From Owenia fusiformis (taxonomy: Eukaryota), in contig CAIIXF020000001.1 in assembly GCA_903813345.2 (NCBI GenBank), forward strand, positions 29,078,001 to 29,142,000: DNA of 64,000 nt, read 5' to 3'. Each line of letters begins with the position of its first letter. Position 1 is the stretch's first letter. The notes below the pieces were generated by a model. The model saw nothing but the letters and a program-made list of their open reading frames with translations. It did not search any database and was not told where the DNA came from. This document shows positions 39,801 through 50,132 of this stretch, in pieces. Made by a program: the position numbers and the translations under genes.

Positions 39801-42800
39801 ATTTTTGGTACCCCTAAAAGTAAATGAGAATATTTTTAACCCCTTTTCATCTAAAATTTTGCTCTGAATACAAACAGTAATTATACACGAACACCATTAC
39901 ACAGGTAAAACTCATCTTAACCCTATTATAAAAAAAATTCCATTTTTACCTAATTGTATTCAATTCTAATTCTAAGTTTCTATGTTGTTAAAATTTCCTC
40001 TTCTATTTTTTAGACCAGAGTTATCTATCATTAAATGAAAGTCACTTATATACTGTCCAAGACCACACCTATGTGTCATTAAATGAAAATTACAAAGACC
40101 AGAGTTACTTACGCAAAGCTGTATAAAACAATGGTTGTTGTATGCAGGTAAGTAACATTCTTCTGCACAGGTTCCCAGGAAAAATGTCCATCATTCCAGT
40201 TATTAAACCTAGCATGGAAATTTGTTGGCATCAATGGTTTCCCTGAAAAAGATAATGTAAGAAAATGTTGTTAAGCAATAAAATAAATATAAGTGGCTGT
40301 ATATAGCTAGTAGATTAAAAGATGTCATATGAACAACAATGTATCAGAATTAGTGAATACAAAAAGAAACTGAAACTATCAAATTCCTGGACAAAATTTG
40401 ATATATGTGACATCTTTTGAGTGAAGTTGTATTTTTATAACTGTATTAGGTTATTAAGCATAAAAGGGGTCTCAAATAAAACTGCTGTAAGTGATCTGGG
40501 AAGCACACTATCAGATGCTTATCCAAAATGGCAAGAAAATTTTAATCATGATTAAAAAAAGTTGATTAAACTAGCTTAAGTGTGTCACAAATAATTTAAT
40601 TTATCAATGCCAGCACTATTTAATCATAAGTGCACAATATTGCAAATAACAAGCCAATTTACACGTTTGATTCATTCATTTTCAGAAATAACCTCTTCAG
40701 GTTTTAAATGTAAATGTCACTAGGTTTGATTTACTTGAAAAGCATTAGATTTATTTAACATAATCAAACAAATGTTGGTATATGTAAATAAAAACGTTTT
40801 TGAACAAAGTCTATGTCAGGCTGTTAAATGAGCATACATTATATCTTATCTTATCATTTGTGTCACCATCCCTTATTGTAAATTATTTTTATAGGAGTCT
40901 CACGCCCGGTGATCGTAGAATTGGGACGGAGGGGGGGAGCAGGCAATTTCTGCTAGAAATTTCAACAAATCTGGAAGATTTATTTTTTAAAGAAGAAGTT
41001 TACTATTGAATTGCTAAATAAATAGGCTCACGGTATTGTAAAATATGTTAGGTATTCTAGGATTATTTTTCAACCGATACTCTTTTAAGATATAAGATCT
41101 ATTAAAAAAGGCGCAACGCACCAACGTGCAAAAGTCAATGTTGTTGCTATAAATGAAGCAACAATGGTGTACATGACCTGTAATAAATACTTGTAAGTGA
41201 CATTATCGTCACAAAATTAATGTTATTGCTGACTTTGTAAAATAAGTTTCCATAGGTGAAATAAAAAATAATCGAAAATAATTTTGGGACGGAGGGGGGA
41301 GCAATATGTACTAAGACATGATACATATTGCTCCCCCCCTCCGTCCCATAATTATTTTTGATTATTTTTTATTTTACTTATTGAAACTTATTTTTCTTAA
41401 ATTCAGCAAGGGCATTAATTTAGTTATGATATCGTCACTTACAAGTATTTAATACAGGTCGTGTAGACAATTGTTGCTTGATTTATAGCTAAAACGTTGA
41501 TTTGTGTCTGTTGGTTGCCTCGCGCCTTTTTTAATAGATCTCATATCTTAGATGCCTATCGTTTCAGAAAAAATCCCAGAAGACCTAACATATTTTACCA
41601 TACCGTGCGCCTATCAATTCAGCAATTCAATAGTAAACTTTTTCTTGAAAAAATAAATCTCTCAGATTTGTTGAATTTTCTTGCAGAAATTGCCTGCTCC
41701 CCCCCTCCGTCCCATTTTCACGATCACCGGGCGTGAGTCTACAATGAACAATTTATTCCTTAAATACATGTGTAGGCTATAAATTAATTCTATTTCTGTT
41801 GAACACTCCACTCAGGTTAATATGTCGTCCTATGAGAATAAAAATGTCCCAACTCACATTTTTGTAAAACTGAGAAATCAATTTTTGAAAGTTTAGACAT
41901 CTGTAACTTCAATAGTATCTATCTGACATATATGTAAAACTGTTTTTGAGCATATTAAAAATGGAGATACATGTAGGACAATTCGATTCCGAATTTTTCA
42001 TAACATTAAAAGATTAAAGCTGAGCTATGTCCATTTTGCTATGTATTTTCAATGGTCACAAATTTCTCTATTCAATTTTTCAAAAATAAATTCAAATCAC
42101 AGTCTAAAATTGTAATATAATAATTCCTAGTCACATGGTGTAATTCGAACAATTTGATTCATTAAAATGGTACATAGAACAATGTTAAATTGTATTTTTG
42201 AATTTTCTATGGAGTTAGGACAATTTGACACCGAAAAGCAGGCTATTGAGAGGAGGTAACGGTAAGGGAATATCACAGGAGGAAAGAGGGTGATTTAAAT
42301 AGTGAAAATCTGTGAAATTTTCAATTTCACATTTACTCCAATATAGCTAAATATATACTAGTAATGAAGAATATGGATTGCAGTGACTCTGCCTCTGATC
42401 TGACCTCTGACACTAAGTTCAAGTTCGCAAGTATCAATTAATTACTTTAAAATGTAATCTCTAACAATCAAAACAAGAACACAAATGTGTACAAAATGTC
42501 CCCACCTATGGGTGATCCTGTCAAATGGTTATCCTAAAAATGAGTAGACAAGACTTTACCGACACAATTTGATGACGGAAAATCCAAAATGGCCACCTTA
42601 AAATTTACCTAGAATGCCAAAAAATTAATCAGATCTAGATTTTCATACTAAGAATCATCCCTGAAAATTTGAAATTGATCTACAAAACGGTTCACCTAAA
42701 AACGCGTAGACAAGACTTTACGGGCAGGATTTTAAGACGGAAAATCCAAAATGGCTGCCTTGGCATTTATCCAGAATGCCAAAAAACTAATCAGATCTAG

Positions 42801-45800
42801 ATTTTCATACTAAGAATCATCCCTGAAAATTTGAAATTGATCTACAAAACGGTTCACCTAAAAACGCATAGACAAGACTTTACGATCTAGATTTTCATAC
42901 TAAGAATCATCCCTGAAAATTTGAAATTGATCTACAGAACTGTTCACCTGGAAATGCGTAGACAAGACTTTACAGACAATATTTTAGGACGGAAAATCCA
43001 AAATGGCTGCCTTGACAATTACCCAGAATGCCAAAAAACTAATCAGTTGTACATTTTCATATTAAGGATCATCCCTGAAAAATTGAAATTGATCTACCAA
43101 ACAGTTCACCTGAAAACGCATAGACAAGACTTTACAGACAAGATTTTAGGACGGAAAATCCAAAATGGCTGCCTTGACATTTACCCAGAATGCCAAAAAA
43201 CTAATCAGATCTAGATTTTTATACTAAGAATCATCCCTGAAAATCAAGAATTGATCCACCAAACGGTTCACCTGAAAACACGTAGACAAGACTCCACAGA
43301 CAAGATTTTAGGACGGAAAAATCCAAAATGGCTGACAATAAAAAAGTGATCATGAGTTTTTGCTGATTTCTTTTTACAAAATTATCACAAACAAATACTG
43401 TTAACAACAACATAGGCTTTAACAACAAAGTACATCTGAAATTATTTATAAAGCTACTAAATAGTTAGAATATGAAAACTCAAAAACACCATTCAATATG
43501 ATACAAAGTATTATCGTGCGCTAACTTTTCTTAAGACATTCAAAATGGCTGACATGACTGAGCTAACAGGTCCAAAACCTAATCAGATCTAGAATGAAGT
43601 GAGCTGAACAAGATTTTAAAGTTTTAAAAGCAACTGTGAAGCCGTTTTTCTTAAAGTTTGCAGACAAGGATTTTAGCATTTGACTTCAAAATGGCCGACA
43701 GGAAGTAGGTATCGAGTTAATTTTTTTTATCCACATCTGTATGCACTCATAAGTTATCCCTGAAAATTTGAAGGTGATATCTGTAGCGGTTTTGGAGAAA
43801 ACTCCCGGACGTACGGACGGACAGACGGACGGACGGACAGACAGACGGACAGACAGACGGACGGACGCGCCTAGGCCGACAATATGGCCCCACACTATGT
43901 GGTGGGGACATAACAATATGCTTTTCATAAGTTTCAAAAACAAATATCACCATGAAAACAACAAGGCACAGACGTGAACAATATCGTACCTAAAACACAG
44001 CATTGTGGTCTTGTTGACCAAGAAAGCAAGATGGCCGCAGAAAAGTTAATCAGCTCTAGAACTTATCACTGTGTGACATATGTAAAAATTTGAACGGTTT
44101 GGCTGGAAACCTGTAGACAAGTCTTGAAAGTGAAGATTCTAGGACGGAAAATCCAAAATGGCCACCTTAAAATTTACCCAGAATGCCCAAAAACCAATCA
44201 GTTCTTGACGTTGATATGTAGAAACATCCCTGAAAATTTCAGATGAATCCCTCAAATGGTTTGGCTGAAAATCTGTAGACAAGTCTTGAAAGTGAAGATT
44301 TTAGGACAGAAAATCCAAAATGGCCACCTTAAAATTTAATTAACCAGAATGCCCAAAAACTAATCAGTTCTTGACGTTGATATGTAGAAACATCCCTGAA
44401 AATTTCAGATGAATCCCTCAAAAGGTTTGGCTGGAAACCTGTAGACAAGTCTTGAAAGTAAAGATTTTAGGACGGAAAATCCAAAATAGCCACCTTAAAA
44501 TTTACCCAGAATGCCCAAAAACTAATCAGTTCTTGACGTTGATATGTAGAAACATCCCTGAAAATTTCAGATGAATCCCTCAAATGGTTTGGCTGAAAAC
44601 CTGTAGACAAGTCTTGAAAGTGAAGATTTTAGGACGGAAAATCCAAAATGGCCACCTTAAAATTTACCCAGAATGCCCAAAAACTAATCAGTTCTTGACG
44701 TTGATATGTAGAAACATCCCTGAAAATTCCAGATGAATCCCTCAAATGGTTTGGCTGGAAACCTGTAGACAAGTCTTGAAAATGAAGATTTTAGGACGGA
44801 AAATCCAAAATGGCCACCTTAAGATTTACCCAGAATGCCCAAAAATTAATCAGTTCTTGACGTTGATATCACGCCCGGTGATCATGAATATGGGACGGAG
44901 GGGGGAGCAGGCAATTTCTGCTAGGAAATTCAACAAATCTGGAAGATTTATTTTTTCAAGAAAAAGTTTACTATTGAATTGCTAAATGGATAGGCGCATG
45001 GTATGGTAGAATATGTTAGGTTTTCTGGGATTTTTTCTGAAACGATACGCATCTAAGGTATGAGATCTATTAAAAAAGGCGCAAGGCCATCAACAGGCAC
45101 AAATCAACGTTTTTGCTATAAATCAAGCAACAATGGTCTGGACGACCTGTAATAAATACTTGTAAGTGATGTTATCATAACTAAATTAATGTCATTGCTG
45201 AATTGATAAAATAAGTTTCCATGTGTGAAATAAAAAATAATCGAAAATAATGAATTTGGGACGGAGGGGGGAGGGGACGGAGGGGGGGAGCAATATGTAT
45301 ATAAGACATGATTAGAGATGTTTCGCGACTTTAAGTCCTTTTACTCCAAATGTCCCCATTTTTCAGTCTCCAGGGGTATATCATCCAGTTTCTTACTAAG
45401 TTAATGAGTTCATTTTTCAAATACAAGAATTCGTGTGAAGTTGTTTCACTTTATAGAATTATTACTCCGCCCCTCCGTCCCCTCCCCTCCCTCCGTCCCA
45501 TTTTAATTATTTTCGATTATCTTTTATTTACGTATGGAAACTTATTTTATAAATTCAGCAATGACATTAATTTAGTTATGATAACATCACTTACAATTTA
45601 TTTATTACAGGTCGTGTAGTCCATTGTTGCTTGATTTATAGCAAAAACTTTGACTTTTGAACGTTGGTTGCGTTGCGCCTTTTTTAATAGATCTTATATC
45701 TTAAAAGAGTATCGGTTGAAAAATAATCCTAGAATACCTAACATATTTTATCATACCGTGCGCTTATTCAATTTGCAATTCAATCGTAAACTCTGTCTTG

Positions 45801-48323
45801 AAAAAATAATTTTACCAGATTTGTTGAATTTTCTAGCGGAAATTGCCTGCTCCCCCCCTCCGTCCCATTTTCACGATCATCGGGCGTGGATATGTAGAAA
45901 CATCCCTGAAAATTTCAGATGAATCCCTCAAAGTTTGGCTGGAAACCTGTAGACAAGTCTTGAAAGTAAAGATTTTAGGACGGAAAATCCAAAATGGCCA
46001 CCTTAAAATTTACCCAGAATGCCCAAAAACTAATCAGTTCTTGACGTTGATATGTAGAAACATCCCTGAAAATTTCAGATGAATCCCTCAAATGGTTTGG
46101 CTGGAAACCTGTAGACAAGCTGAAAAGTGAGACGCCGCCCGCCCGCCTGCCAGCCCGTCAAGCTGACTACAATATCGTACCTTTTTTTAGGTACGATAAT
46201 AAAAATTGATGATTGTTGTTGTATACCTAGAATCATATTAATTTTACGCCATCTGTATACCTAGGATGTATTCACTGTTACATTCTTCACTGTTTGGTAG
46301 CGTCACCATTAATTACAACATCTCCACTATGACTTAAATTGAATTTACTTCCTGGTATTTAATATTACTCTAGTAAATATTTATTATCGCTAAAAATATG
46401 TTGTAATTTTTAAGACTTGTCAGTGCTTATCCTCCAACTGCAACGTGCATGAATATTACCAAACAGAATATAACATAGTTTATAGGTTTCACAAAATATG
46501 TAGAAGATGGAGTAAAAATTGTTGTCATACTTCCTATTTTAGCCACCTGTCCTCCAATGTATGTACCGTTCATGCTATTGTTCAAGTAGCAATAAAATGG
46601 TTGACTCCCAGTGTATTGTCCTGTCATATTCTCTTTGTATGTCATTATAGTTGGAGACAGGATCGCATAGAATTCTGATGAGATTTCTTTGGAGCCAGCT
46701 TGGAAATAGAGGTGGCTTGAGTTGAAGGGGGCAACATCCCCTGTCAATGTACAGTTTAGTTCAATATAATTTCCAAGCTCAACTAGAGGATTCACTGGTG
46801 TTACTTCTGAAAACGCAAGAAATACAATTTGCTGAATGAAATCAATCAAACATATTTGCATCAAATGCCGTATAATATGTATATTTAAATACATGTACAA
46901 TATATATGCAATAAAGTCGGAATAAACTTCAAAAACTATTTTTGTTTTTAATTCTGCCATCAATGTCATGATTCATGAAAACCACAAATGATTTTTATGT
47001 TGACATTCATATTTCATTTAGAGAATTGATTGTATCATCAATCACTCGTAATACACTGGTGATCTGCTCGATTACGCTGGTTACCGAAACGGTTCGGTTC
47101 GTTACCAAAATATCGGAACGTCGAAAGTATGATTTTTCTTGTTTCCCTATTTCACGCGTTGTAGGCAGAATCCCCACGACGTTTTTCTCACAAACATGTA
47201 CTGTATCAGTATCATATATTTTAGGAAATGAACATGTTTGCGAAAAAATAGCTCAGAAGACAACAGAATCGTCCATTTAATTCCTCACTTAAGTTACAGG
47301 AATGGTTTGGGTTAAAAGTGCAGATCTTAACTGTTTTTCGAAATACCGTTTCTTTACTTTAACACTGTTCCACAACTGGATGACTCTAACTGCAGTTAGC
47401 TTCATTCAAGATGGTTGCCGAGATTCTTTCGTTTTCGATAAACCTCCGATTTCAGCTAAACTAAGTTGAATCTTGATTCCAAAAGTTTCGCCATGCAAAT
47501 TAATAAAACTATGATTGTATTCAACCACAAATGAATGCTCTAACACCCATAATATTAGAGAATTTTAAAGAAAACGACTTCACTTAGAATGACTCTAACT
47601 GAAGTTGATGATCTACGCCATCATGACGTCATCATCAACTTCAGTTAGAGTCATTCTAAGTGAAGCCGTTTTCTTTAAAATTCTCCAATATCGCGGTTGT
47701 TTGAGCATTTATTTGTGGTTATTTACCATCGTAGCTTTATTAATTTGCATGGCGAAACATTTGGAATCCAGATTCAACTTATTTTAGCTGAAATTGGAGG
47801 TTTATCGAAAACAAAAGAATCTCGGCAACCATCTTGAATGAAGCTAACTGCAGTTAGAGTCATCCAGTTGTGGAACAGTGTTTAAGTGAGGAATTAAATC
47901 TAAACATATGTTACTGATACACGTTTGTGTTAAAAATGTCGTGAGAATTCTGCCTACAAGGTGTAAAATAAGGAAAAAGAAAAATCGTAGCTTCGATGTT
48001 CCGAAACGGTTCGTTTCGGTAACCAGTGTAATCGAGTGGATCACCAGTGTAATAGCTATATAAATCATAAATCATAGTTTACAAATTCATTGTTAAGAAA
48101 AGGATACACAATATCTGTGTTACAGTACAAAGTTAATTATGAAGTTTTCAGTTGAAATGGGCGCTGCGCCACAAAAAAAGATGCTGGGGAGATCATAATA
48201 AAGTAAATGTGCACCTCAAAGAATTTAATACTCACCTCCTGCAGTTGACACAAATAATCCTTGCAATAAAACTGGGGATAGGACCAAGTACAACACATAT
48301 ATCCGAGTCGAATGTAAGGCCAT
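21310..48323 (-). CDS. Multi-exon type I cytokine receptor, Domeless/gp130 (IL-6 receptor beta)-like; 908 aa (exon 5a) or 914 aa (exon 5b)
   Basis: Coding exons with GT-AG boundaries and matching phases: 48236-48323, 46531-46806, 40113-40242, [35038-35210 or 34785-34975], 33975-34120, 33006-33165, 32787-32881, 32348-32588, 31815-31951, 31346-31499, 30901-31056, 30381-30533, 29335-29422, 28921-29017, 22431-22553, 21310-21819 (sum 2727 or 2745 nt). Architecture SP-Ig-CBM(2 FN3)-3 FN3-TM-tail, with LHPYQNYTF and AWSDS (WSxWS-like) and SGINWADC motifs. Confidence 0.88.
22431..22553 (-). CDS. Receptor exon 16: cytoplasmic
   Basis: 123 nt, phase 0-0; HFGGSGRQPQDGYTDPES...DFLSP. Confidence 0.75.
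22800..24404 (+). repeat. 42-bp tandem array (left foldback arm)
   Basis: aaaactaagaccccccacgttat + aaaactaagaccctgttat units. Confidence 0.95.
24440..24750. repeat. 75-bp tandem repeat inside the foldback element
   Basis: tagtcttgc.tctgg recurs at about 24497, 24572, 24647 and 24722. Confidence 0.9.
24752..25270. mobile_element. MITE with TA TSD (family also at 52304-53020)
   Basis: TIR aattctccatctaaaatgtcactcgacttttt; splits the ccc-TA-gtaacata site of the host repeat. Confidence 0.8.
25327..25916. mobile_element. Palindromic MITE nested in the foldback element
   Basis: ggtggttcaagattt...aaatcttgaactacc; arms pair over roughly 200 bp. Confidence 0.75.
25942..26100. repeat. 30-bp tandem repeat
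   Basis: gccagcataaaatggga.atcactttttat, about 5 copies. Confidence 0.9.
26268..27190 (-). repeat. 42-bp tandem array, inverted (right foldback arm)
   Basis: Reverse complement of the left array. Confidence 0.95.
27606..28737 (+). repeat. Degenerate HINE-like element (related copies at 29815-30167 and 30252-30350)
   Basis: caaggcatta...aaaatgtcaccacc head, internal tandem units, 3' hairpin atgtcacc...ggtgacat. Confidence 0.6.
28921..29017 (-). CDS. Receptor exon 15: juxtamembrane/Box1-like region (RGKEGINWFKKSATQQITVPIVMFES)
   Basis: 97 nt, phase 2-0, gtaagt donor. Confidence 0.82.
29335..29422 (-). CDS. Receptor exon 14: transmembrane helix (WGLIAAVSVFVVLLAGIGLSVCL)
   Basis: 88 nt, phase 1-2; hydrophobic stretch followed by KRGK in the next exon. 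Confidence 0.88.
29490..29793 (+). mobile_element. 5'-truncated LINE 3' fragment (RT C-terminal CCHC region + A-rich tail)
   Basis: CTKC...GDEYHYILEC...RQPNMLKF followed by a (GAAAA)n tail; intronic, antisense to the receptor. Confidence 0.75.
30381..30533 (-). CDS. Receptor exon 13 (FN3 end; IPGVPEGKYCVEMSSYSEGG)
   Basis: 153 nt, phase 1-1. Confidence 0.82.
30901..31056 (-). CDS. Receptor exon 12 (FN3; SLTVSWK...GWIIRYYP)
   Basis: 156 nt, phase 1-1. Confidence 0.85.
31346..31499 (-). CDS. Receptor exon 11 (FN3; YGVSV...SGINWADCLY)
   Basis: 154 nt, phase 0-1; SGxxWxxC motif resembling invertebrate Domeless. Confidence 0.85.
31815..31951 (-). CDS. Receptor exon 10 (FN3)
   Basis: 137 nt, phase 1-0; FPVQQLVALSDINNVTVRF...VVYCP...VCNGK. 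Confidence 0.8.
32348..32588 (-). CDS. Receptor exon 9 (FN3; DIPQEDKNGILKDC...)
   Basis: 241 nt, phase 0-1; NG.I motif of membrane-proximal FN3 domains. Confidence 0.85.
32787..32881 (-). CDS. Receptor exon 8 (FN3; PARGPGVHGGGFEIRNLNQTDSTRTVVLYWE)
   Basis: 95 nt, phase 1-0. Confidence 0.85.
33006..33165 (-). CDS. Receptor exon 7: CBM D2 second half with WSxWS-like AWSDS
   Basis: 160 nt, phase 0-1; GLHPYQNYTFDVTV FN3 tyrosine corner. Confidence 0.9.
33975..34120 (-). CDS. Receptor exon 6: CBM D2 first half (VPYAVNKVKL...INVTWEP...YRVLYKR...WQ)
   Basis: 146 nt, phase 1-0; FN3 strands A-C. Confidence 0.88.
34183..34577. mobile_element. MITE with a 26-bp TIR and internal direct duplication
   Basis: aaaggacgattctcggtttggagaac / gttctccaaaccgagaatcgtccttt. 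Confidence 0.75.
34785..34975 (-). CDS. Receptor exon 5b (mutually exclusive), second half of CBM D1
   Basis: 191 nt, phase 2-1, tttttgcag/gtaaat; HPSFGDLTPCTSEDKEHKSSCICSSNHCNFTHISARLYLYLQIDLTNDICKTTARESIDTEAH. Confidence 0.8.
35038..35210 (-). CDS. Receptor exon 5a (mutually exclusive), second half of CBM D1
   Basis: 173 nt, phase 2-1, ttttacag/gtgagt; YGDGPYQCGVSPICSCTENHCYFSRIIQSQPILYLFLTIENELGLIKQVQRIYMKDH. Confidence 0.82.
35406..37123 (+). mobile_element. Satellite-bearing HINE/pearl-like element (about 135-bp units), inserted in a palindromic MITE (about 35288-37543)
   Basis: Tandem units, (GGAC)n microsatellite, 3' hairpin atccc...gggat; flanks 35288-35402 and 37428-37543 are inverted repeats. 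Confidence 0.8.
38290..39388 (+). repeat. Second, degenerate copy of the 135-bp HINE family
   Basis: Similar to 35540-37123; interrupted at 38881-39281. Confidence 0.7.
38881..39281. mobile_element. Tc1/mariner-type MITE
   Basis: TA|CTGTACGCCCGGTATTATTCGCG...CGCGAATAATACCGGGCGTACAG|TA. Confidence 0.88.
40113..40242 (-). CDS. Receptor exon 4: first half of CBM D1 (KPLMPTNFHARFNNWNDGHFSWEP...)
   Basis: 130 nt, phase 1-2, tttttcag acceptor and gtaagt donor, no stop codons. Confidence 0.8.
40901..41735. mobile_element. CAC-ended hairpin MITE with a 5-bp TSD (Transib-like), copy 1
   Basis: CACGCCCGGTGATCG...CGATCACCGGGCGTG; TSD AGTCT; about 410-bp arms. Confidence 0.85.
42474..43914 (+). mobile_element. 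HINE/pearl-like element with a 162-bp satellite
   Basis: aacaag head, 162-bp units, (GGAC/AGAC)n, 3' hairpin ccccac...gtgggg. Confidence 0.8.
43960..46200 (+). mobile_element. HINE/pearl-like element with a 162-bp satellite (related copy at 61945-62500)
   Basis: Subterminal aatatcgtacct repeated in the 3' hairpin atcgtacct...aggtacgat; (GCCC)n tract. Confidence 0.82.
44870..45888. mobile_element. CAC-ended MITE with a 5-bp TSD (Transib-like), copy 2, opposite orientation
   Basis: TSD GATAT confirmed by the empty satellite units gttGATATgtaga. Confidence 0.88.
46531..46806 (-). CDS. Receptor exon 3: N-terminal Ig-like domain (EVTPVNPLVELGNYIELNCTL...FYCYLN)
   Basis: 276 nt, phase 1-1, Cys pair typical of the gp130/leptin-receptor Ig domain; lies within ORF 46427..46969. 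Confidence 0.88.
47054..48049. mobile_element. About 1-kb hairpin MITE with a TA TSD
   Basis: TA|CACTGGTGATC...GATCACCAGTG|TA; arms pair to about 47620. Confidence 0.85.
48236..48323 (-). CDS. Receptor exon 2: signal peptide MALHSTRIYVLYLVLSPVLLQGLFVSTAG
   Basis: accATGG Kozak context; hydrophobic core; G|gtgagt donor in phase 1, matching the Ig exon; acceptor ttccag gives exon start 48348. Confidence 0.85.
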
Positions 48324-49721
48324 GGTTAATGTACCTCTAGTTTACAATCTGGAAATAGACATCCATGTAAGTGCAGACAAAATGACAAGTGCAAAAAGTT
48401 TGTTACTAACCTAGACAAAAATGTATCAATCAATAAATGGTACAGAAATGATACAAATGTGACAAGGCTATTATTATGTTTTCTGTAAATGAATATATTT
48501 GAAAGCAATTCTGGAACTATGTGAACCTTAATTAAACTAGATAACAGTAACACCAAGGCATAGCAAATCCTATCAAACAGCCATGGCTGCCATATTTTGA
48601 AATTAGCCAAACTCTCATGAGACAGTATAATATACTTCTAAATTGCTCCATTACTTTTGCCGTTATATTAAAGGGTGAAATGACAATGTAAAAATTAGCC
48701 ACAGTTTTTAGCATAAAAATGGCCGCTTACTGCAGGCTGGTCAAAAAATTGCAACTCTGCATTTTCCTCATATATCTTTGTCATTTCATGGCCTGTCTAG
48801 TTGACGGCCCATGGTCATTTTAAGGAATGGCTGACTCCCTGATATTTTGCATATTTCTACATCAGTCAATTTCCTATTATACTACCATATTTCATGACAA
48901 TCAAACTGAAAGTCATGATGTTACAGTACTTTCAACAACATGCGCACTGTAACCTGCACAAGTTGCCAATGAACCCACTGGTATTCTCAGCAGGTATGGC
49001 CTGAATGACAGATAATCTCCATTTTTTGGTCTGCAATGCATTATCCTGAGAGTCAGAAAGGACATTTTGGATGACATGTGCGGGTGTGCGTACATCGCTA
49101 TAGTGGCCACTGGAGTGGAGCATGTTCTGTTGGTCATGAAATATGGTAGGCACTAGGCAGGTAAGGAAATAAATAAATGATGTGCAAATGTGCATAATAC
49201 TGTAATAGCAGGCTGTTTTTTTAGCACCCTGTAGCCAAAGTATCACTGGAAAGAGTAATATCATTCAAAATATTCACATATAAAGGTTTAACAACTTGGT
49301 CCAATATACAATTATTCCTTTCAATTCATTCTAGTATGTGGGTGGAGAATATCAGGTGACTAGGCGTTTTTGCAAACATTTTTATTTTTTTTAATGTACT
49401 TCCTTGTTTCGATTAATGTGTACTTTTTTCAGTAAGGGAGAAATAGTAAATAAATGACACAAAAACATCATCCTTAAAAATAGAAATTGAACCTCCAACA
49501 ATATTGTCAATTAACAAAACACACCAAATATATTCACAGGGGACCTTGATCATTTTTAGAATTACTACTGTGAGGATCAATAGAGTTTCAATATCAATAG
49601 AATATATTAGTCATTTGGATATAATGATTAGTAACCATGGTTACCTTATATTGGCTCCATAACTATAACTTAATGAAATCTAAAGATATTAGTAAATGTT
49701 AGCTTTAGTAATGCCTGGTAA

Positions 49722-50132
49722 GGGGAGGCATTAAAAGTTCGATGTCGGATCGGAAACTAAATAAATCTAGTTTTGACTCAGACCCCCCCCTCCCCCCAAA
49801 AACTAAATACCGTGAAAGTTGATCGCTTACTTCCGGTTTGAGAATTTGAAAAATTTTGCTAAACACGATCTAGTTTTTGTTAATTCCTATCGTAATTTGC
49901 GGCTTTTTGACAACTATTGATAGAATAGAATCCATTGGAATGATCTTGACGAAGAAAGCATCAGGTAAAATCGTTATTTTTAAACCATTCCAAGGCATTC
50001 TGAGTTGAAATTGCCAAAAATTTGAAATGTTGAAATTTGTCGGATAGCAAACTGAAATGGGTTTGAACCCCCTCCCCCCCTAACTAGATTTATTTAGTTT
50101 TCTATCCGACATCGAACTTTTGATGCCTCCCC
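49722..50132. mobile_element. PIF/Harbinger-type MITE
   Basis: TAA|GGGGAGGCAT...ATGCCTCCCC|TAA; about 50-bp TIR. Confidence 0.85.

Noticed and set aside
35349-46082. Short ORFs in satellite and MITE regions
   Set aside because: Repeat-derived; no transposase motifs seen.
48913-49264. Possible extra exon (ORFs of 74 and 110 aa)
   Set aside because: Bounded by inverted repeats (48882-48900 / 49133-49149); no recognisable domain or fit to the gene model.
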